DNA of 32,000 bases from an uncultured archaeon (lineage in GTDB: Archaea; Asgardarchaeota; Thorarchaeia; Thorarchaeales; Thorarchaeaceae), in contig CAYHAA010000001.1 in NCBI GenBank assembly GCA_964354495.1, positions 397,049 to 429,048 of the forward strand, read 5' to 3'. Numbering within the stretch: position 1 is the first letter of the stretch; each line of letters opens with the position of its first letter. Below the pieces are notes generated by a model. The model was not told the origin of the DNA. It saw only the letters and a program-made list of their open reading frames with translations, and made no database searches. The position numbers and the translations under genes were made by a program. Positions 1-6,711 of this stretch are shown one piece after another.

Positions 1-103
1 AAAGAAGGCAGCTGCAAAGAAGGAAGAGCAGCCTAAGAAGGAAGTTCCAAAGAAGGCAGCTGCAAAGAAGGAAGAGCAGCCTAAGAAGGAAGTTCCAAAG
101 AAG
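1..103 (+). repeat. Perfect 48-bp coding tandem repeat (2 full copies plus a partial)
   Basis: aagaaggcagctgcaaagaaggaagagcagcctaagaaggaagttcca occurs at 2-49 and 50-97 with no mismatch, then aagaag at 98-103. Confidence 0.95.
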
Positions 104-115
104 AAGTCTGAGTAA
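2..115 (+). CDS. 3' end of a gene entering from the left; Lys/Ala/Glu/Pro-rich repetitive C-terminal tail (partial)
   Basis: The frame from base 2 reads KKAAAKKEEQPKKEVP KKAAAKKEEQPKKEVP KKKSE and stops at TAA 113-115. The rest of the gene lies outside the window, so the product cannot be named. Confidence 0.75.
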   Translation, partial: KKAAAKKEEQPKKEVPKKAAAKKEEQPKKEVPKKKSE

Positions 116-120
116 TCCAA

Positions 121-155
121 GGTGCACTAGTGCCCTCGTAGTGACACTGAGCACT
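121..155. other. Imperfect hairpin just after the stop of the first gene
   Basis: gtgc(122-125)/gcac(151-154) and agtg(129-132)/cact(145-148) can pair. Alternative pairings also exist. Confidence 0.35.
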
Positions 156-176
156 CATCTATCCACATAATATTGG

Positions 177-245
177 AAAAAAAAGATAGTTTGTGGCTCA
201 TGACTTGATTTCTGGATATGACCAGAAAGTGCCAAGTATGAGCCA
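177..245 (-). terminator. Long hairpin (194-245) followed on the minus strand by a U8 tract (177-184); probable terminator/3' UTR element of the 280-876 gene
   Basis: Pairings are tggctcat/atgagcca (8 bp), acttg/caagt (5 bp) and tttctgg/ccagaaa (7 bp) with a 6-nt loop. A8 lies at 177-184. The element sits between convergent genes. Confidence 0.65.
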
Positions 246-279
246 TTACTTTGGTCCTGGCCTGATAATGCAACTTCAA

Positions 280-876
280 CTACTTGGCCGCGGTGATTTG
301 CTTGTCCAAGTCTTCGAGTTGAGAATCAAGATCTGCTTCTTTTGATTTGTACTCATCCTCTGGAATGTATCCACGCATGTAGTCGAATCGAAGGTCCGTC
401 AATTGAGCCTTGAGGCGGTCCTTCTGTTGGAGGAGAAAATCAAGTTGATCGCTGCCTTCTGCGGCTGAAGCCGTTACCACTTCAGGTTCGTAAATCCGCT
501 CTGGTGCTGGAACTGGTTTTGGAGCCGGTTTCTGTACAGCTTGAGGCGTTGGTTGAGGCTTTGGAGCTGGGGTTGGTTTAACCTCCGGCGCAGGCTCCGG
601 TCTTGATCTAGGTGCCGGGACCGGAGTGACAATTTTTGGGGCATCCGTCTTGACACTCTCCATCCTTTCCATATTCTGCCTCAGAGCTTCAATCTGATCT
701 GCTATTTCTGCGAAGCTGTCATTAATCGTCTGATTAATGTTCATCTTCATCCTTGCGAAGTTCTCAGCCAACGTATCCGCGAGCTTCTTTGTCTCAGCCA
801 CGTTCTCGGCAAAGTCTTCGATTTCCTTCAACTTCTCCATGATGGCGGATAAGTCAAATGACATTTTCTTGCTCAA
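280..876 (-). CDS. Coiled-coil / Pro-rich linker / C-terminal helical-hairpin protein (steadiness-box- or SHOCT-like end)
   Basis: 198-aa ORF (TTG start; ATG at 864 is an alternative). It has an N-terminal heptad-like helix, a PAP/PEP/PKP-rich middle, and the C-terminus QLDFLLQQKDRLKAQLTDLRFDYMRGYIPEDEYKSKEADLDSQLEDLDKQI. Confidence 0.8.
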   Translation of the reverse strand: MSKKMSFDLSAIMEKLKEIEDFAENVAETKKLADTLAENFARMKMNINQTINDSFAEIADQIEALRQNMERMESVKTDAPKIVTPVPAPRSRPEPAPEVKPTPAPKPQPTPQAVQKPAPKPVPAPERIYEPEVVTASAAEGSDQLDFLLQQKDRLKAQLTDLRFDYMRGYIPEDEYKSKEADLDSQLEDLDKQITAAK

Positions 877-964
877 ATATGGTCGCCTGTTACCGATAGT
901 TCGCTTGTTTGATTCTTAACCTTTGCCTTGATGCATCTATACCGAAAAACGAGTAGCTTCTCTG

Positions 965-1810
965 TCATTCGTACTCCAACGTAGTGATTGGTTGTTCTTC
1001 AGGTGCCTCTTTCCGAGTGATGAAGAACACAAAGGCCGTTGCATACATGAGGATATGCAGAAGACCGACCGGGAGCCAAATGTATGCAGATGCACCCATC
1101 ACGCCGGAGGCAATATAGAGTACTCCAGCTGCAATTGCAATGTTCTGGATCTTCGTGCGCCCAATTTCAACAACAATTGATAAGCCCGCCACCAGTACAA
1201 AGAGGGAGTATACTAGATGTGTTGTTGAAAAGTAGTTGGTAAAGTCCTTGGGATAGAGAGTTTCCTCCGTCACTATGAATGGTCCGTTGACGATGATTTC
1301 CATCACTGAGAAGATCTGCAGTAAAGCTGTTATGAAACCGACACTGGCAACCATGATTCCCACTCGCTTGTTGAATGGTTTATTGAATGCGTAGAATCCG
1401 AAGGACTGGAGAATCACTGCGATTGAAAGACCGGCAAGGTATGCGGGTAATGGAGGAATATACGAGGACAGGAGTACCTGACGATACATGAGGTCGTAGA
1501 GCATATTGAACTCAACTGTCAACAGGCCAATAATGCACCCAATACTCGCCAAGAGAAAGACAGGTCTCGCCCTTAGGCGGGGAGTCTGCTCTTGAGATAG
1601 GGCACACTCCCTGCATGATATTGCACCACGATATCGAACAATCTGCTCTCCGCTCAACTCCTTATGACAGAAGATACACTTAACCTCACTCTTCTTTTCA
1701 GCCTGTGTTGCCAAACCTCTCCCTCGATTTCCCTGCACGCAAGAATGTTCTTTGAAGACTAGCGTGCTCTGACAACACATAAGTGCTGGCTTCCAGATTG
1801 CATCAGCCAT
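965..1810 (-). CDS. Membrane protein with an N-terminal CxxC...CxxC zinc ribbon and about 6 TM helices
   Basis: CIFC-x17-CREC is followed by six hydrophobic segments. The start is uncertain: ATG 1810, or TTG 1714 downstream of gagggagagg. Confidence 0.8.
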   Translation of the reverse strand: MADAIWKPALMCCQSTLVFKEHSCVQGNRGRGLATQAEKKSEVKCIFCHKELSGEQIVRYRGAISCRECALSQEQTPRLRARPVFLLASIGCIIGLLTVEFNMLYDLMYRQVLLSSYIPPLPAYLAGLSIAVILQSFGFYAFNKPFNKRVGIMVASVGFITALLQIFSVMEIIVNGPFIVTEETLYPKDFTNYFSTTHLVYSLFVLVAGLSIVVEIGRTKIQNIAIAAGVLYIASGVMGASAYIWLPVGLLHILMYATAFVFFITRKEAPEEQPITTLEYE

Positions 1811-1825
1811 CGAGCTTGGACTGCA

Positions 1826-2677
1826 CTAAGCATTCTTGACCTCTGCTTTACCTTCGAGAATTGCTCTCCTGATGATCGAAATCAGGCGGTCTCTGTATGA
1901 GATATCGATGGCCACGAGTTCATAGGTTGCTACGCCAAGTATCTGCCCAACTCGTTCAGGAGTCAGAGCCGTTGGAAGGTCCTGCTTATTGGCTATGCCG
2001 ATTACCTTGGCATCAGGAACTTCGTCCTTCACCAGAGATACAAGTTTCTTGCTTCTAAGCACGTTCTCCAATGTGCTGTCTGTGACTATCACAACAACCT
2101 GTGCGTTCGCAATCATCTTTGCCCATAGGATGCTGAATCTTGATTGTCCTGCTAGATCCCAGAGTACAATGTTTGCATTGCTAATCTCTTCTGGCAGTTT
2201 CTTGATGCTGACACCAATAGTCGGATCATGGACTAGGGGTAGTGTTTCACCTCTCAAGAGATGAAGTGTTGTGGTCTTTCCAACCCCTGCAAATCCCAAG
2301 ATTGCTACTTTCACCATTGTGACAGCGATTTCATCAACCTTCTCATCGAATCCTGTTAAGGACTGATTTGCTAGGGCCAGATTCGAATACTCTCTCATGA
2401 ATGAATCTACAAGCTGCCCCATCTTCTCCTCTATCTGTGTAGCATCATCTGCCTTGTCACCAACGAATATGAAGGTGAAGGGTTCTCTCTGGGAGTAGAA
2501 AATTCTTGAGCCTGCAACATTCATGAATTCCGTTTTGTTCTCCAGTTCCATGGTCTTTAGAAAATGTGTTAGATTGACTAGGAACTCAACAAGATTCGCT
2601 CTTGTTTCACTCTTTGTGTACTCCTTTGAGTAAATCATGTTTTCCTGTTCGCCAAGTACATAGACACCGCGGATCAT
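1826..2677 (-). CDS. Longin-like domain fused to an Arf-like small GTPase
   Basis: G1 GFAGVGKT, G2 PTIG, G3 WDLAGQ and G4 NKQD are Arf-family-like signatures. The N-terminal ~118 aa (MIRGVYVLGEQENMIYSKEY...) show the beta-beta-alpha-beta-beta-beta-alpha-alpha longin pattern. Confidence 0.9.
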   Translation of the reverse strand: MIRGVYVLGEQENMIYSKEYTKSETRANLVEFLVNLTHFLKTMELENKTEFMNVAGSRIFYSQREPFTFIFVGDKADDATQIEEKMGQLVDSFMREYSNLALANQSLTGFDEKVDEIAVTMVKVAILGFAGVGKTTTLHLLRGETLPLVHDPTIGVSIKKLPEEISNANIVLWDLAGQSRFSILWAKMIANAQVVVIVTDSTLENVLRSKKLVSLVKDEVPDAKVIGIANKQDLPTALTPERVGQILGVATYELVAIDISYRDRLISIIRRAILEGKAEVKNA

Positions 2678-3780
2678 TTTGCTTCACCCCAGGTCTTCAT
2701 GAGCAGTTCGAGATGCCTGCGTGCAGCCTCTGGAGTTATCTCTTTCGATGATAGCTTCTTATCGATAACGGGCAGCACATATTCTGGCATGAATGATTGA
2801 ATTCTGGGATTTGTCAACAATCCCCATAAATCCTCTTGGCCAAAATGCAGTGCAACTTTCTCTGTTTCTAGGGTCCGTAGAACTTTCATGACGACTGATA
2901 GTGGAAGAGCAGTACTTCGGGCAATATCCGCAGGAGAGAGTACTTGGTTTCTTAGCGAGGCAAGTACTCTATACTGAAGCCTCTCTGATAGTATTTTGGA
3001 GATCTTCTCTCTGTCCTCAAGCATAGGTGAGTTGGGATCATTTTCAACCACTATCGGATTGTAGCCCTTGCTCGGGGGAGCTGGCGAGAAGAACTCTGCC
3101 ACATAGTCCATGTATCTCTGTGCAATCTGCGGCGTCGTTTCCTTCGCCTTCTTCATTGCATCCACTGGTGGTTCTCGATAACCAACGACATCTTTCACAA
3201 GAAAGACAATTTCGGAAGTCTTACCAAGAAGTTCCACTGTCACAACACCCGACTTGATGAGGGGTGCCATTGCCTCTCGCAAATCTACTTCATCTTGAAT
3301 CTCGTTCTTTAGCCAGAGCGACAGTTTTGCAGCTTTCTCAATTCCCTCTGCCTGCATCCGCTCCAGTAGGAGTGCTGAAGATGGAGTAAGGAAAATCTCT
3401 GCGAACTGCTGTTCCTCAGTAAGGTCTTTGAGAACACTCCGACTCTCCAAGATCTCCTCTAGGGAGAATGCTTTGGGGTCTTCACTGATTAGAGCCAGTA
3501 TCAGTCTACCTGAGCCCGCAAGTTCGCCACGCAGGAGTTCGATATTCTCATCAGGACGAAGAACGCTGCAGACCATCCAACCTGGATAGAGCGCAGAGGC
3601 ATAAGTTGCAATCTTCATTCCTTCGATTTCAGAGTAGCTTAACTCCTTCTTTTCCTTTTCCTGCTCGTAGAAGATGAGGTTGAGCACTTTCTCATTAAGC
3701 GAGAATTTTGAAGGATATCTCTGAGTGACTACGAACCCCTGAAAGTCGTCCAAGTGGACTACGAACGTTGCCTCTGGCAT
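2674..3780 (-). CDS. Longin/uDENN-like domain plus two winged-helix domains; candidate GTPase regulator
   Basis: The N-terminus FVVHLDDFQGFVVTQRYP resembles the F-D/H-x3-G-P-x5-P start of uDENN/NPR2-type longins. Two wHTH-like segments follow (...DLREAMAPLIKSGVVTV...; LSPADIARSTALPLSVVMKVLRTLETEKV). There is an ATGA overlap with the GTPase gene at 2674-2677. Confidence 0.75.
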   Translation of the reverse strand: MPEATFVVHLDDFQGFVVTQRYPSKFSLNEKVLNLIFYEQEKEKKELSYSEIEGMKIATYASALYPGWMVCSVLRPDENIELLRGELAGSGRLILALISEDPKAFSLEEILESRSVLKDLTEEQQFAEIFLTPSSALLLERMQAEGIEKAAKLSLWLKNEIQDEVDLREAMAPLIKSGVVTVELLGKTSEIVFLVKDVVGYREPPVDAMKKAKETTPQIAQRYMDYVAEFFSPAPPSKGYNPIVVENDPNSPMLEDREKISKILSERLQYRVLASLRNQVLSPADIARSTALPLSVVMKVLRTLETEKVALHFGQEDLWGLLTNPRIQSFMPEYVLPVIDKKLSSKEITPEAARRHLELLMKTWGEAK

Positions 3781-3811
3781 GTAACGACCCGCTCAGGAAT
3801 CGCATTTACTC

Positions 3812-3825
3812 CATAAATCTTTGAC
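3812..3825 (-). promoter_or_regulatory. Candidate archaeal BRE + TATA box for the longin/GTPase unit
   Basis: The minus strand reads gtcaaaga-TTTATG, ending about 31 nt before the ATG at 3780. This is a motif guess only. Confidence 0.35.
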
Positions 3826-3866
3826 TCTCATGTAGTTAAAATGTTCAAAATGCGCTCCATTTAATT

Positions 3867-4229
3867 CTACTCGTCATGTCTTGAGTCTGAATAATGGATT
3901 TGGCAGGTGATTTGTCCCTTCTTGTTGAAAATCCAGCAGTGTTCACAGACAATCTCTCCACAAATGACGCATGTTCCAAGACGCTGATTCAAGTCCGCGA
4001 GACTTGTTTCATTCATACTCTGTGAATGTGTATCGCAATACCCTTTACCGCACCTGCAGCAGACTGCTAGAACCATTTCTCCACAGATAATGCATCTTCT
4101 CCGTTGGTCCTTTAGATTCGCATCGTGCACGATACCAGCATTGCAGTCAGCATTCCTGCATGGTCCCAATCCTTTGTATTCTCCGCAGTACTGACAAAAG
4201 GGGAGAATGTTTGGAGAGTTTCTAGGCAT
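3867..4229 (-). CDS. Small multi-zinc-finger protein (B-box/AN1-like motif plus further treble-clef motifs)
   Basis: 15 Cys in 120 aa, including C-x2-C-x7-C-x2-C-x4-C-x2-H and C-x2-C-x4-C-x2-C-x10-C-x2-H. Confidence 0.8.
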   Translation of the reverse strand: MPRNSPNILPFCQYCGEYKGLGPCRNADCNAGIVHDANLKDQRRRCIICGEMVLAVCCRCGKGYCDTHSQSMNETSLADLNQRLGTCVICGEIVCEHCWIFNKKGQITCQIHYSDSRHDE

Positions 4230-4321
4230 ACTTGTGCACCAGTGTCCAGAGCGCGCTCATATTCTCTCCATAAGAAAGTGTGAAAAGCGTTCCGATGGTT
4301 TGAACAAGGTGTGAGCTGAAC

Positions 4322-6670
4322 ATGGATATTGACCGCCAGAACCTCATCATACCTGCAACGGCCACGAGAAGGTTGCAGCTAGCAGGCGGCCAACCTATGG
4401 AGCAGGCAGTCCCTGAGGACTACGTCTTAGCCGCAATGATCCTTCGCGCGATGGAGAGGCGAGAGGGCCGTTCGCTCGAGTTCATACTGAAGAGCTATCT
4501 ACCGGCTGCAATCGTCAGCTCACCGCAACCTAATCGCTTTTTCCTAGTGGAACTGCTTGGACTCACATCAGAATCCGTCTTGCAAATCCGCAGACCTGCC
4601 TTGCAGAAGATTCAGGAAAAAGTAGACAAAGCAAGTACGTCTGAAGAGCTGTCCAAATGCATACAGACTGCTCGAGATGAAATCAGGAATGTGCTCGAAT
4701 CCACACCGTCGACGATTGTTGGTCTCCTTGCAGGGCTGATTGCCCGTGGAGTTTCCCAAATTCTGGACCGCCCATCAGGGCAGAGCACTGAAGACTATGC
4801 AGTCACACTCACAGGGATTATTGACACTTCAGAGTTTGATAAGTCCATTGGAGTACTTCAGGAAACAGCAGAATCGCTTGCTTCCGTCGAAACCATTCTC
4901 ACAGGATTTCTTGATGCGGCAGTGCCAAGGATTGATGCACTTCTTGGCACTCACCGAGCTGAAGCATCGCCAGTTCTCTCACGCCTTGCTCTTCGAGTAG
5001 AATCATTGGAACAACAGATAGAGTCGCTTGAGTCTCAACGGACAAAGACTGCGGCTATTGCATCTCGTGATAGAAGTACAAAGCTGACGGAGCTTGATTC
5101 TCTGTTGAGCGCACGGAGAGCGGCGCTTGAACGTGATAGAAATCGCCAGTCAGATATTGTCGCAAGTCTTGAGAGTTCTGCTCATGAGCTCATTGTGGGT
5201 CGAGATGAACTGACTGCAGAATCTCGGAGAGTGATTGATCAGGTTCATGGGCAGTTCGCGGCCCTCCAGGATATGCTTGTTTCTGCGAGATTCGACGATA
5301 GCGGCGGAAAGAAGAAATCCATCATAATGATACCCTTCTTCATAGCTGGTTTTTCAAGAAAAGACCAGCTCCATATTGAAGTCTACCCCCTATCTTATTT
5401 CCAAGGCAACGGACTGCGAGTGAGCAGACGTCACGATTTTGTCGATACCTTCTTGTCGCCGTCCCGAGCTATTGATGCACTCTCAGCACTCCTTGAGGAT
5501 AGAGCCAACAACGATGTTGCATTCAGGAAATTCATCCGGGACTCGTCAATAGACCACAATTTGGTGGCTGATGCGAAGGCGAGAGAACTAATCAAGACTG
5601 GAACCGAGTCACTCTTGGGAGATGCTCTGGTCAAGAGACCTCTGGCCGATGAGTTGAATGACTTGCTTCTAGGAATCCCGGAAACGAAGGTTCACAGAAA
5701 GAAGAGGCGCGTCATGACTCCCACCATATCAGATGGCTCTCTATGCAATGTCAAATTCCACGTTCAGAATGAGGCGGGAAAACCCGTTGAAGGTGCAGAA
5801 CTCGAATTCGGAGCATTGCTAATCACCTCGGACGATAATGGCATAGCAAGGACCTCTCTGCCTCGAAGTCACTATGAAGGGCTTGTTCGAGCTCCTAGTT
5901 ATCTTGAGAAGACTATTGATTTCTCAATAACGACCTCTGGCGATGTAGTGATACCAGTAGTCATCGTACCACTGGCTCATGAAGAACAGCTCGCCCTACG
6001 ACTCGACGAGCTCGTTGAACGTGCAAGACGTCTGGATATAATCCGTGACCGACTGTGGGATGCATTTGAGAAGCAGGGACCAACTCTCCTTGGGATTCCA
6101 GCTTATCGATCTGCTCTGATTGAATTACTGTCAGAGCTTGGTTATGAACCAGAGGCATGGATAGCAGAAGCAAAACAGAAGACGGGGATGGTGAAGCGTC
6201 TTCTCAAGAGAGACAATAGAATAGATGGACTTCGCCGGGACATTCTGAGGATGGCTGAGGAGTCGAAGGCATTCGGGGGCATAATGCTCTTTTCAGAGTT
6301 ACTCGTACGTCTAGACAACCTTGGCTGGAGCACTAATTCTGATGAGATTGAAGGAATAATCAACGATATGTCCAAAGAAGGCCTCATCAGAGGTCTCTCC
6401 CCTCTCGATAGCGGAGCTCTCCTCATCGAATTTGTTCCTGTAGCTCTGACCAATGATCCCCAAATGATTCTTGACTTGGCTGCGCGTAGTGAAGGAAAAC
6501 TGACGATTGAGGCTGCTGTTGTAGACCTTGGTTGGAATGAAGAACGCGTCAGAAATGCTCTAAGCCTCTTGATTGGAAACGGAGCAGCAAAAGAGCAGCG
6601 TAGTTATTCAAAGAGCACACAGTATTTCTTCCCTGGACTGCGAGGGGAAAGAAATAAGTCCAATTCTTAG
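4322..6670 (+). CDS. Multidomain protein: coiled-coil N-region + carboxypeptidase-regulatory-like beta-sandwich + C-terminal ESCRT-II Vps22/SNF8 (EAP30)-like tandem winged helices
   Basis: Residues ~553-775 match remembered SNF8 motifs in order: PAYR..LGYEP (PEFR..IGVDP), GGIMLFSEL (GGLITLEEL), VPVALTNDPQMILDLA (VPAELNMDHTVVLQLA), LGWNEERVRNALSLLIGNG (LKWETERARQVLEHLLKEG), YFFPGL (YWLPAL). Residues ~475-550 read VKFHVQNEAGKPVEGA...TSDDNG. Confidence 0.85.
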   Translation: MDIDRQNLIIPATATRRLQLAGGQPMEQAVPEDYVLAAMILRAMERREGRSLEFILKSYLPAAIVSSPQPNRFFLVELLGLTSESVLQIRRPALQKIQEKVDKASTSEELSKCIQTARDEIRNVLESTPSTIVGLLAGLIARGVSQILDRPSGQSTEDYAVTLTGIIDTSEFDKSIGVLQETAESLASVETILTGFLDAAVPRIDALLGTHRAEASPVLSRLALRVESLEQQIESLESQRTKTAAIASRDRSTKLTELDSLLSARRAALERDRNRQSDIVASLESSAHELIVGRDELTAESRRVIDQVHGQFAALQDMLVSARFDDSGGKKKSIIMIPFFIAGFSRKDQLHIEVYPLSYFQGNGLRVSRRHDFVDTFLSPSRAIDALSALLEDRANNDVAFRKFIRDSSIDHNLVADAKARELIKTGTESLLGDALVKRPLADELNDLLLGIPETKVHRKKRRVMTPTISDGSLCNVKFHVQNEAGKPVEGAELEFGALLITSDDNGIARTSLPRSHYEGLVRAPSYLEKTIDFSITTSGDVVIPVVIVPLAHEEQLALRLDELVERARRLDIIRDRLWDAFEKQGPTLLGIPAYRSALIELLSELGYEPEAWIAEAKQKTGMVKRLLKRDNRIDGLRRDILRMAEESKAFGGIMLFSELLVRLDNLGWSTNSDEIEGIINDMSKEGLIRGLSPLDSGALLIEFVPVALTNDPQMILDLAARSEGKLTIEAAVVDLGWNEERVRNALSLLIGNGAAKEQRSYSKSTQYFFPGLRGERNKSNS

Positions 6671-6711
6671 CTTTGTTTAGACTATACTTGCTGGGAATTG
6701 GGGACTGAAGA

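Noticed and set aside
1-103. Tandem repeat as a CRISPR array
   Set aside because: The units are contiguous with no spacers, in frame and protein-coding.
194-245. Hairpin as a eukaryote-like SECIS element (it contains ATGA on the 5' arm and GA on the 3' arm)
   Set aside because: The 3' GA is three bases out of register for the tandem G-A quartet, there is no apical AA, and no in-frame UGA selenoprotein is visible in the flanking genes.
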